DNA of 64,000 bases from Candidatus Nanohaloarchaea archaeon (GTDB taxonomy: Archaea > Nanohalarchaeota > Nanosalinia > Nanosalinales > Nanosalinaceae). The position numbers and the translations under genes are program-made. Shown piece by piece: positions 8,564 through 17,447 of the stretch; position 1 is the stretch's first letter, and every line of letters begins with the position of its first letter. The DNA lies in assembly GCA_042218075.1 (NCBI GenBank), contig JBDGRK010000003.1, positions 32,001-96,000 on the forward strand, written 5' to 3'. Below the pieces are notes generated by a model. That model was not told the origin of the DNA. It saw only the letters and a program-made list of their open reading frames with translations, and ran no database searches.

Positions 8564-8671
8564 GTTTGCTAAAACTCGGCTCTCTCGCTGTTCATACCTA
8601 ATGAACACTGAACAGTTCACGCCAGTTCATAACTGTTTATCAAAAACGTTTTTTCCCTAAAGATCGTTTCA

Positions 8672-9148
8672 CTATAATGTAAAAAAACTGGCCGGTTGAT
8701 AGTTCTCTGCAAAATGCTCTATTCCCTCTTCTGCTCCTGGATCAGGCGATAGTAGCCGGTATGCTTCCAGGTCATCGGGCATAAATACCAGAATGTAATC
8801 GTTATCGTCATTCCATTCCAGATGCAAAGCTTCTCTCGGTAGGTTTCCTCCAACTGCCTCACGCTTCAGCTGATCGAAACTTTCATATTCCCCAGAAAAA
8901 CTGAAATCACATCTTTCCAGGTTCTCCACAGCATCACCTACTATACAGGAAAAGGCTTCCTGTCTCTTCAATAAAGCAGTATATTCATCGCCGTATACCC
9001 GACTATCAATAGAAGCCTCTTCCAGAAGGTCATTTACTTTCCTGGGTTTGGCGACTGAGACTTCTGCACCAGATCCACTCCTATCCAAGTCAGGATTTAC
9101 CCAACCATTAACTTTTTCTCCGTAGTTATCATGGATAGTTTTAGACAT
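8672..9148 (-). CDS. Hypothetical protein (orphan)
   Basis: Acidic ORF, probable start MSKTIH. Confidence 0.55.
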   Translation of the reverse strand: MSKTIHDNYGEKVNGWVNPDLDRSGSGAEVSVAKPRKVNDLLEEASIDSRVYGDEYTALLKRQEAFSCIVGDAVENLERCDFSFSGEYESFDQLKREAVGGNLPREALHLEWNDDNDYILVFMPDDLEAYRLLSPDPGAEEGIEHFAENYQPASFFTL

Positions 9149-9204
9149 TCGCAACACAAAACATTTCCTGAAGCTTCATATATCTGATCTTTCCTATCCA
9201 AGAT

Positions 9205-9483
9205 ATGGTCGACGTAGAGGAAGTTGAAGATATCGCCGAGAACGCAAGGATCGAACTTCAGGACGGTGAGGCAGAGAAGTTTGCGGAAGAGTTCGAAGAA
9301 ATTCTTGATACTTTCAACACTCTGGAAAAGATAGATACTGAAGACGTTGAACCAGCATTCCATCCGGTAGATACCGATCCCGAGGCCAGAGAAGACGAAG
9401 TAGAGCAAACGCTGGGGATAGAGGAAGTTTTCAGGAATACACAAAATGTGGAAGAGGAACATTTCAAGGGTCCCTCGGTATGA
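9205..9483 (+). CDS. gatC: Asp/Glu-tRNA amidotransferase subunit C
   Basis: EVEDIAENARIEL..IDTEDVEP..REDEV..HFKGP pattern. Confidence 0.9.
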   Translation: MVDVEEVEDIAENARIELQDGEAEKFAEEFEEILDTFNTLEKIDTEDVEPAFHPVDTDPEAREDEVEQTLGIEEVFRNTQNVEEEHFKGPSV

Positions 9484-10067
9484 GTCTACAGGTTTCCAAC
9501 CTGGCGGAAGGGACGGATGATTTCACCGGTAATGTATGGTGCGTGAAGAATGGGGAAACTGTTTTGATCGATGTTGGCACAGGTGATTGCTGGCGGCATA
9601 TAAGGGAGCTTGATACTGTTGACAAGGTTTTCATTACTCATTCCCATTACGATCACGTAGACAATCTACCAAAAGTTGATGACAGGTTCAATCCGGAGAT
9701 ATACGCTTTCGAACCGGAAAACCTTCCAGTGGACTCTAGACGGGTTAAAGATGGGGAGAAAGTTGAAATTTGCAGCCTCGATTTCAGGGTGATCCATACG
9801 CCAGGACATAAAGACGATTCTATATGCATTTACTCGCCCGATAGAAAAGTTTTGTTCGCGGGAGATCTTATCTTCCCGCAGGGCGGCTTCGGCAGGACCG
9901 ACCTCGAGGAAGGTTACAGGGAAATTCTGATACAGTCTATCGAAAAGATCGCGAAAAGGGATGTTGGGGAAATGTATTGCGGTCACGACCCTGCCTCAAC
10001 AGAGAATGTAAATGAAGATATCGAAAAGTCTCTGGAGCAGGCAAGAAAGAGAGAACCGAAATATTAA
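9480..10067 (+). CDS. MBL-fold metallo-hydrolase
   Basis: THSHYDH, HTPGH, AGD, GH motifs. Confidence 0.92.
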   Translation: MSLQVSNLAEGTDDFTGNVWCVKNGETVLIDVGTGDCWRHIRELDTVDKVFITHSHYDHVDNLPKVDDRFNPEIYAFEPENLPVDSRRVKDGEKVEICSLDFRVIHTPGHKDDSICIYSPDRKVLFAGDLIFPQGGFGRTDLEEGYREILIQSIEKIAKRDVGEMYCGHDPASTENVNEDIEKSLEQARKREPKY

Positions 10068-10730
10068 TTACAGTTTTTCCAGTAAAACCCTGTGCAGATT
10101 TTCCAGGTTCCTGTAGAGTAAGAATCCGGCAACAATACCTCCGATCAAGACTGCCACAGCGGTCGAAAGGCTATCTATCTGTGTTGCGTAAACCATGAAC
10201 CTGTCCGAGGCCCACCAGCCCAGCATTCCCAGGAAGAAGTTTCTGGGTATCATTCCCACGAAGCTCCAAGTACCGTACTGCTTCCAGTCCATCCTGAAAA
10301 GACCTGCTGAGCCTGAAACAAGTGAGAGCGGTACTACAGGGATTAGCCTGAAGAGGGCCACGTAGTATTTTTCTTTATCCGAATCGAAAAAGTCCTCCAG
10401 TCTGTCGATATCTCTCTCAGATACATCGATCCATTTTCCGTACCTCGAAATTGCGGGTCTGCCGCCGAAAAAGGCCATGGAATAGACAAAGTAAGAGCTG
10501 ATGACCGAGGCGATAGAGGCAGGTATCGAAACAAAGAAGAAAACCTGGATTGACGCGTTCAGCCAAGAATCCGCACTGATTATCAGGTCGGTTGCGCCTG
10601 CGGCCATCGGAATCGCGGGTGAAGGTATCGGAACAATAATTTCCTCGATCACCGCTCCCAACATCACAGCTAAAACCCCATGCTCCGAGATCAACTGGAG
10701 CAGTGTGGTCATCAGGTTTTCAAATACCAT
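10068..10730 (-). CDS. DedA/VTT-domain membrane protein
   Basis: EEIIVPIPS, FGGRP, FRLIPVVP, AGLFRM motifs. Confidence 0.88.
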   Translation of the reverse strand: MVFENLMTTLLQLISEHGVLAVMLGAVIEEIIVPIPSPAIPMAAGATDLIISADSWLNASIQVFFFVSIPASIASVISSYFVYSMAFFGGRPAISRYGKWIDVSERDIDRLEDFFDSDKEKYYVALFRLIPVVPLSLVSGSAGLFRMDWKQYGTWSFVGMIPRNFFLGMLGWWASDRFMVYATQIDSLSTAVAVLIGGIVAGFLLYRNLENLHRVLLEKL

Positions 10731-10768
10731 AGTTTAAGCTGTCTCTCCCAGACTAATAAGCTAAATGA

Positions 10769-12244
10769 TTACACAAGTGAAATCAGGTAATCGATGAAGC
10801 CGGAAAGAAAGTCCATGAAACCGTAATTCTGGAGGTCCCCTGAGGTCCTGTTCACAATTATTCTCCGTCCATCAGTACTCCTGTTTCTTTCGGGTACTTT
10901 GATTTCGTTTATCTGGAGTTGCTCAGATGACCTGTCCGGTATTCCGGTATAGTACGGATAATCGTACTTATTTACGTTGTCCAGGCAGTCTTCAAACTTT
11001 TCTCTCGAATCATACTTGCAGGGGGTGAGATCCAGGTGATCAGAAAGAATATTCCACTTTTCCCCTGGTGATTCAATTTTCCTGGATACTTCAAGATCTG
11101 AGTAAAGATCTCTCACCGAGTTGTTGTTCGCGACGTAGTTCCGGATAATCAGGTGCGAGTAGGCGTAACCGAACTGCCTGAAATCCGGGAAATCCTGAGG
11201 ATTCCACCGCTCCATGAAATCCCGATCATTCTGGTAATAGCTCCAAAGCTTCTCTTTACTTCCCTGTGAAGGAACTGTGTAGATATAGGTGGTTCCCTGC
11301 TTCTTAACCCTGAATTTCTTCTCCTCGCCGAAAAGCTCGGCAGGACCCACATCGGTCTTTCCCTGGCTATAGAGTCGATGCTTCATCAGGTATTCGGTGT
11401 ATTCAGCCACTCCCTCATCAAGATACGAGGATTTCGTCCTGTCCCATCGCAGGAACCTGTCGTTTAGCCCGTGAACGGTCTCGTGGGCAAGTATCGGCAG
11501 ATGGTTTTCATCCAGGTCATTCCTGAGAGTTAGAGTTCCCGCAGTGTACTCTCCCGCGCTCCACCTGTTGACGGTCTCGTTGAAGCTTTTATCATCCATA
11601 ACCGCGACAGGGAATTTTTCAAACTGCTGTACCAGTCCCGTGGTTCCGACCGATAGACGGTATGCCTTCTCAGATTTTTCTCGTTTCGGACCGAAAAACT
11701 CGTAGTATTCAGTCTTCTTTCCCTCCCCAAAGTTTACGCGAAAGTTTGTAGGACCTTCGCCGGAGAACCTGAATTCCTCGCCGCGGAAAGAGGTGTTGAA
11801 CCCGAAACCAATCCATCCGGATATCAGATCTTCTACATGGAAAACTCCTGTTGTTTTCTCTCCCTTGAAGCTGGGAATCGAGAACCGCCTGTAATGAAGG
11901 TCGCGGTAGATTTTCTTTGCTTCCCGGTCTATCCTCATCTGTATCTTTACAGTCTCGCGTCTCCTGGGCTCTCCCCTGTTAGTGGTTATAGAAAGACTGT
12001 TACCGTTCTTCTCGTAATCCTCTATCTCACCAAGGCTGTCCTCCACCCTGAGTATCTCCGCATCCTCGGGAAGGTTCCAGCTCAATCTCCATCTTGATAC
12101 CGGGCAGGGATTATTGCATTCAAGCTCTACAGTCGTATTCATCAGTATCTTATCCCGATAGACTTCTCCCCTGTACTGTATCTCAGCCGCTGATAAAGTG
12201 GAGAGAAGGATCAGGACGAGAACTGTTAACGTTTTCCTGTACAT
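10769..12244 (-). CDS. Secreted gluzincin-like metallopeptidase
   Basis: Signal peptide MYRKTLTVLVLILLSTLSAA; HETVH followed by LDEGVAEY. Confidence 0.7.
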   Translation of the reverse strand: MYRKTLTVLVLILLSTLSAAEIQYRGEVYRDKILMNTTVELECNNPCPVSRWRLSWNLPEDAEILRVEDSLGEIEDYEKNGNSLSITTNRGEPRRRETVKIQMRIDREAKKIYRDLHYRRFSIPSFKGEKTTGVFHVEDLISGWIGFGFNTSFRGEEFRFSGEGPTNFRVNFGEGKKTEYYEFFGPKREKSEKAYRLSVGTTGLVQQFEKFPVAVMDDKSFNETVNRWSAGEYTAGTLTLRNDLDENHLPILAHETVHGLNDRFLRWDRTKSSYLDEGVAEYTEYLMKHRLYSQGKTDVGPAELFGEEKKFRVKKQGTTYIYTVPSQGSKEKLWSYYQNDRDFMERWNPQDFPDFRQFGYAYSHLIIRNYVANNNSVRDLYSDLEVSRKIESPGEKWNILSDHLDLTPCKYDSREKFEDCLDNVNKYDYPYYTGIPDRSSEQLQINEIKVPERNRSTDGRRIIVNRTSGDLQNYGFMDFLSGFIDYLISLV

Positions 12245-12296
12245 GCGCAGTGTTTGCCGGGGAAGGAATAAAAGAACTTTTACAGTCATAATCGGT

Positions 12297-12884
12297 ATGT
12301 CGGTACTTTCTGATAGGGATATTGAAAGACTCATAAGGCATCATAACGCTGTAAGAGTCGATGATGGACCTGAACCCAACTTCGACCTCCAGCTCGGTCC
12401 TTCTTCATTCGATTTGAGGCTGGGTTACGAGTTTGGAATACTTGAGACTAGGAGGATAGAGGCAATTGACACACGAGACATGGAGGAGTATTCGGATATC
12501 CAGGAAACCGTGAGAAAATCGCCGGAGGAGGGCATGGTGGTCCACCCGGGTGAATTCGTTCTGGGGACAACACTGGAAATTCTGAAGGTTCCTGACGACA
12601 TGATAGCAAGGATAGAGGGCAGGAGCAGTTACGCCAGGCTTGGACTGATACCTCATGCGGCTGCAGGTTTTGTTGACGCGGGATTTGAGGGCGCTATTAC
12701 CCTTGAAATCCAGAACCTCGGCAACGTGCCGATCACCATCTACCCTGAGGACAGGTTCTGCCAGGTGGCATTCGAAAGGATGACCTCTGAGGCGGAGAAT
12801 CCTTACGGCGAGAAAGAAGATTCGAAGTACATGAACCAGGAGGGCGCCACCGGATCAAAGCTGGACAGCGAGAAGAGGGAGTAG
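12297..12884 (+). CDS. dcd: dCTP deaminase
   Basis: SFDLRLG, GRSSYARLG, VDAGFEGAITLE, SKY motifs. Confidence 0.95.
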   Translation: MSVLSDRDIERLIRHHNAVRVDDGPEPNFDLQLGPSSFDLRLGYEFGILETRRIEAIDTRDMEEYSDIQETVRKSPEEGMVVHPGEFVLGTTLEILKVPDDMIARIEGRSSYARLGLIPHAAAGFVDAGFEGAITLEIQNLGNVPITIYPEDRFCQVAFERMTSEAENPYGEKEDSKYMNQEGATGSKLDSEKRE

Positions 12885-12890
12885 GAAGAC

Positions 12891-13628
12891 GTGAAACCTG
12901 CTGACTGCCACTGCCATTTGGACTTTGACAGTTTCGATGGGGATAGAGAGCAGGTTATAGAGAGAAGCCGTGCCGAGCTTGAGTTCGTGGTCAACGCTGG
13001 AAGAGATCCCGAAAGCAACAGGAAATCACTGGAGCTCGAGAAAAGCTACTCAGGTTTCGTAATTGCGAACCTCGGATTACATCCAACCCACACCGATCGC
13101 TTCTCCGAGGTGGAGTATGTTGTAGAGCAGGTGAGGAAGAACGATCCCGCCGCGATTGGAGAGATAGGATTGGATCATCATCACGTTACCGATTCTGAAA
13201 CCCGGGAGAGACAGGAAAAAGTTTTCAGGCAGATGCTGGAACTAGCGGAGGAGCTGGGGAAGCCGGTCGTAGTTCACTCCAGGGAGGCGGAGCAGAAAGC
13301 TGTTGAAATACTTGAGGAACATTCTGTGGATGCAATGCTGCACTGCTTCAACAGAAATCCGGATCTTGCGGAGAGAGCCTCTGAAAACTTCATGATCGGG
13401 GTCACGACACAGGTTCTCTATTCCGGTAAAGTCCGCGAGATCGTTGAAAGAGTAGATTTGGATGACTTGCTTCTCGAGACGGATTCCCCTTTCCTCTATA
13501 GGGATGGAAGAAACGAGCCAGTGAATGTATTGAAGTCTGTGGAGGAAATTGCTGAAATAAAAACTTTAGACGGACAGCAGGTGGTTAAAGCCACAACTGG
13601 AGCAGCTAAAGAGTTTTTCAATCTATAG
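12891..13628 (+). CDS. tatD: TatD-family hydrolase
   Basis: DCHCH, GLHP, GEIGLD, HSR, HCF, ETDSP. Confidence 0.93.
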   Translation: MKPADCHCHLDFDSFDGDREQVIERSRAELEFVVNAGRDPESNRKSLELEKSYSGFVIANLGLHPTHTDRFSEVEYVVEQVRKNDPAAIGEIGLDHHHVTDSETRERQEKVFRQMLELAEELGKPVVVHSREAEQKAVEILEEHSVDAMLHCFNRNPDLAERASENFMIGVTTQVLYSGKVREIVERVDLDDLLLETDSPFLYRDGRNEPVNVLKSVEEIAEIKTLDGQQVVKATTGAAKEFFNL

Positions 13629-13670
13629 AATTCCGAAAATATTTTAATACCAGATAAAAATTTCAATCCT

Positions 13671-14246
13671 ATGATAGAGGACGACGATAATTCTGACATT
13701 ATTGAGGGTGTTGACCTGACAGGCGAAAGCTACTCTGTAAAGCAGAGCATGGTGAGAAACGCCTACAGTGTGCTGGATTCTGAAGGGAGTGAAATACTGG
13801 AGACCAAGCAGAAGCTCTTCAAGATGAAGGAGGAGTTTCCCTTCCTTGATCCGGATGGCGAGGAGGTTTTCAGGGTAAAGGCAGCACAGGTAATGGATAT
13901 TTCAGGGGATTATTCTATTACAGATCCTGAGGGAGAGGAGCTTGCTGTACTTACACAGGATTTCACGATACTTACCCATAGGTGGAGGATAAAGGATTCA
14001 GGAGGAAAGCTTCTGGCAAAGGTGGAGAGCAGGGGAAAAGTTGTTGGGTTGCTGAGGTTTCTCTCGGATATCTTCCAGCTCCTGCCCCACAAGTATACTA
14101 TTGAAGATGAGGGAGGAGAGGAGATCGGGAGTATAAAGGGAAAACTCGGCCTGAGGGATCGCTACGTAATCAATATTGGAGATATAGACAAAAAGGAAAT
14201 CGTGCTCGCAGCAGCCATAACGATCGATGCTCTGGAAGGAAACTGA
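13671..14246 (+). CDS. LURP-one-related/scramblase family protein
   Basis: Tubby-like repeated beta pattern with hydrophobic C-terminal helix LAAAITID. Confidence 0.75.
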   Translation: MIEDDDNSDIIEGVDLTGESYSVKQSMVRNAYSVLDSEGSEILETKQKLFKMKEEFPFLDPDGEEVFRVKAAQVMDISGDYSITDPEGEELAVLTQDFTILTHRWRIKDSGGKLLAKVESRGKVVGLLRFLSDIFQLLPHKYTIEDEGGEEIGSIKGKLGLRDRYVINIGDIDKKEIVLAAAITIDALEGN

Positions 14247-14290
14247 GGACTCCAAGAATCTCTTTATAATTTGGGCTGGAAATTAATACT

Positions 14291-14755
14291 ATGGTGCTCG
14301 AAAAATTCAAGGATAAAGTGAAGAGAAGGCCGGATGTGGCCGTTTATGTCGATGGGCCTAATGTCATAAGAAAAGAGTTCGACCTTGATCTCGACAGTTT
14401 GAGGGAAAAAGTTGAAGAATTCGGCAACATAAAGATAGGTGAGGTATTCCTGAACCAGTACGCCTCAGAGAAACTGATCGAGGCGATAGTCTCTCAAGGT
14501 TTCGAGGCCTCCCTAGGACTGGGGGGCGAGAAAGACAAGGAGAGCGACGTTGACGTTTACATGGCGGTTAATGCGATGGAGGCGGTATACAACGATGATA
14601 TAGATGTTATAGCGATTGTGACGAGGGATGCGGATTTCCTGCCGGTGATCCAGAAGGCGAAGGAAAAGGGGAAAGAGACCGTTGTTATAGGCACGGATCC
14701 CGGGTTTTCGACTGCGCTACAGAATGCAGCAGATAATGTACTGGAGCTGGAGTGA
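14291..14755 (+). CDS. NYN-domain protein (TIGR00288-like)
   Basis: VDGPN, DVDV, TRDADF, GFSTALQNAAD. Confidence 0.88.
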   Translation: MVLEKFKDKVKRRPDVAVYVDGPNVIRKEFDLDLDSLREKVEEFGNIKIGEVFLNQYASEKLIEAIVSQGFEASLGLGGEKDKESDVDVYMAVNAMEAVYNDDIDVIAIVTRDADFLPVIQKAKEKGKETVVIGTDPGFSTALQNAADNVLELE

Positions 14756-14758
14756 GTT

Positions 14759-15070
14759 ATGGCGCCGATAAGACCGAGCATCATAAGTATGTTTGATATT
14801 CTCGCGGGCTTTCTACTGCTCTACACAGAGTCAGCTGTACCATCAGGGTTCGCGAAGATACACGCCAGCTTCCTGATCTTCAAGGGAGTTATCACCCAGT
14901 TTCCAATACCCCCGATACCGCCGCTTTTCATCCTCGGAAGCATAGCAGATTTAATTTCAGCCGCTATCATCTTTACCGGTAATCCGCCGTTTCTTGCGGG
15001 CTACAAGGAAATTATAGCTCTTTTCCTGTTCCAGAAGGGTCTATTCGGTTTCATGACAATGCTCAGTTAA
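14759..15070 (+). CDS. Small hypothetical membrane protein
   Basis: Hydrophobic; repeated D-I/L..KG helix pattern. Confidence 0.65.
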   Translation: MAPIRPSIISMFDILAGFLLLYTESAVPSGFAKIHASFLIFKGVITQFPIPPIPPLFILGSIADLISAAIIFTGNPPFLAGYKEIIALFLFQKGLFGFMTMLS

Positions 15071-15228
15071 GCCCGGTAATGCCTGATAAGCTCTTCCACC
15101 ATCCTTTTCTTCAGGGCTCCTGAATCAGTACCCGAGTCTAACCGTTCCAGGACCTCTTCCAGTTCGCTGACCTTCTCTTCGTCCGGTAATTCCTCGAAGT
15201 CCTGAGGTAGTTCTGACTCTATCTCCAT
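15067..15228 (-). CDS. Hypothetical 53-aa protein (not in ORF track)
   Basis: MEIESELPQDFEELPDEEKVSELEEVLERLDSGTDSGALKKRMVEELIRHYRA; starts 1 nt after the upstream stop; host-like codons. Confidence 0.65.
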   Translation of the reverse strand: MEIESELPQDFEELPDEEKVSELEEVLERLDSGTDSGALKKRMVEELIRHYRA

Positions 15229-15229
15229 C

Positions 15230-15709
15230 CTATCTTCCGAGCTGTTCCAGGTTCCTGTTTATCCTTTTCAATAGTTCGATTATCTGCTGGTTCTGTGACT
15301 TGAGCTCTTCAATACCTTTGCTGCTTTCAGCCACAGAATCACGTCTATTTCTGTCTGCCTGTCTCTGCTTGTTCTGGAGTCCTGCGTTCTCCATCTCTCT
15401 CCTTGTCTGATTACTTACCTGGGGTCTCGCGCTTCCCTCCTGCGGTCTTCCTGCCTGAGCGTTGGGGTGCTGGTCCTGAGTCCTTCCCTGGCGCATGGTA
15501 TCGCTTGAGGCCGAATCTGGCTTCTGTCTGCGCTGGCTCCGGGGCTGGTTCCCTGAATTCGATCTCTGGCTTCCAATATCCCCTCCAGTATCCGGATCGG
15601 AATCGAAAGAATCGCCTGTATCGAATGAATCCGTGGAGGGCCGCGATCTGTTTCCAGATCCTGAAGAACCCCTGTCGAGAGTATCTTTTATATCATCGAC
15701 AAAACTCAT
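15230..15709 (-). CDS. Low-complexity disordered protein with C-terminal coiled coil
   Basis: S/G/Q/R-rich body; C-terminus IEELKSQNQQIIELLKRINRNLE. Confidence 0.7.
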   Translation of the reverse strand: MSFVDDIKDTLDRGSSGSGNRSRPSTDSFDTGDSFDSDPDTGGDIGSQRSNSGNQPRSQRRQKPDSASSDTMRQGRTQDQHPNAQAGRPQEGSARPQVSNQTRREMENAGLQNKQRQADRNRRDSVAESSKGIEELKSQNQQIIELLKRINRNLEQLGR

Positions 15710-15800
15710 GCTCTAAATAAATATTTTCCGGTTGAAAAGGTTTCCCCCTACTGACTGTTACTTAGTGTATTTTAAGTAGAGCCAGACCCAACTAGAAGCT

Positions 15801-17447
15801 ATGAGCGAAGGCTCCCACCAGATGCCCGAGTTCGGCCATGTCTTCGAGGTGTACGATGAGGATGATGAGGAAGAGACGCCTCCGCCTGGAGAGGGACTGA
15901 GGGAGAAGATCAGGAAGGGTGAGATAAGAGATCTGGAAGAGCTGAAGGAAGTGAACCCTGAGGGATACTTCCTCAGACCGATAATGGGGGATCCGTACAA
16001 GACTGTAAAGATAAAGTCAGGTACCCAGGGAACACCCATAATGTTTATACTCAGCGCGGCAGACAAGTTTGATGACGACTGGGACTGGACTTCCGAGAAG
16101 ACCGAGGACAAGTTCTTCTTCTCGCCTAGAAGTAACATGCACAACGAGTTCACCCAGAGGAGGCAGCAGGCCGAGCAGAACGTCAGGCAGGCGATGCAGG
16201 GACTTGAGCAGCTCAGGAAGGACAAGCACATGCTGCAGCATGATATCAGGAAGCTCAGGAGCAAGGCAGAAGACATGAGGACTGGCGAGGAGACAAGTAT
16301 AAAGGGCGATTTTATTGAGCTGGTTGACGGTGCAGGGGGAGCAGGCCAGCAGGGCGGAGACGAGGCCTCTCTGAAGTTCTACAGGGACCAGAACTTCTAT
16401 CCCTCGATCGTGGCGGACTTCAACGAGATGGATTCGGTCGAAAACCTTGAGGGAGACGGACCGCTCGCCGACCTACCTGAGAACGAGAAGGCTATACTGA
16501 AGAAGAAGTACACGATGTACGAGAAGTGGAAGGATCTCTACGGCAGCGAGATCCAGAGGAAGCTTGAGGATCTGAAGAAGGAGTTGAGAAGGGTTGAGGC
16601 AGCACTGGAGGAGCAAAAGCAGCAGATAGCCCCCTATGTGAGGGACCTGGTGATGATCAATGAGAAGAGCCAGGAGGATCTTGCTGCTGATATAACGAGA
16701 TACATGACTTTCGAGGGATACTCCACAGAGTTCAGGCAAGTCGAGTACATCTGCTACCAGCCCTTCGAGAACGAGGAGGGCAACCTTGAGAGGGTTGAAG
16801 ATGAGGATGAAGCTACTCATTACCAGGTCGTTTACCTTCACTGTGTCCATGTAAATATAACAGGTGGAGAGGAACCCAGGACTCCCAAGGAGGGTCCGAC
16901 TGTGGCCAAGGTTTACTGGTTTCCAGCGATAGTCGACAAGTTTGTGTTCGAGCGATTTTTCCAGCAGAAGATTGAGAGAAAGGCCAACAAGTTCGAAAAC
17001 CTGATGAAGGATTACACTGGAAGCTTCGAGAACGATGAGGGAGAAGAGTTCAGGGAGAAGAGGGAGGCTGCAGGACTCCCGGTCAGGGAGCTGAGGCAGA
17101 AGGTGGGCGAGAAGCTGGATGAGAGACCTCCTCTCGAGTTTTCTTCGACAATAAGGAGGATAGAGGATGGATTTGAATCACCTTCAAAGATAGCCGAGGA
17201 ATATGGAGAAGAGTACCTGGAAGCGGTCGACGAGCTTCTTGACACGAGCTACGCAGTGGAAGAGGAGAAAGGTCCTGAAACCGTCTCCAAGTTCCAGAAG
17301 AAGCTGAAGGTTTTCACTGGCAAAACTGACGATTACTACATGAGTGATGAACAGATGAGCGAGAACTTCCGCGACTTCACTGGCAAAATCAAGTTCAACT
17401 ACTACTGGGATTTCAAGCTCAATTTCGGAATGTACACTACGAAATAA
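15801..17447 (+). CDS. Coiled-coil protein with XRE-like HTH insertion
   Basis: 548 aa; two coiled coils; GEEFREKREAAGLPVRELRQKVG..STIRRIEDG resembles Cro/XRE HTH. Confidence 0.7.
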   Translation: MSEGSHQMPEFGHVFEVYDEDDEEETPPPGEGLREKIRKGEIRDLEELKEVNPEGYFLRPIMGDPYKTVKIKSGTQGTPIMFILSAADKFDDDWDWTSEKTEDKFFFSPRSNMHNEFTQRRQQAEQNVRQAMQGLEQLRKDKHMLQHDIRKLRSKAEDMRTGEETSIKGDFIELVDGAGGAGQQGGDEASLKFYRDQNFYPSIVADFNEMDSVENLEGDGPLADLPENEKAILKKKYTMYEKWKDLYGSEIQRKLEDLKKELRRVEAALEEQKQQIAPYVRDLVMINEKSQEDLAADITRYMTFEGYSTEFRQVEYICYQPFENEEGNLERVEDEDEATHYQVVYLHCVHVNITGGEEPRTPKEGPTVAKVYWFPAIVDKFVFERFFQQKIERKANKFENLMKDYTGSFENDEGEEFREKREAAGLPVRELRQKVGEKLDERPPLEFSSTIRRIEDGFESPSKIAEEYGEEYLEAVDELLDTSYAVEEEKGPETVSKFQKKLKVFTGKTDDYYMSDEQMSENFRDFTGKIKFNYYWDFKLNFGMYTTK

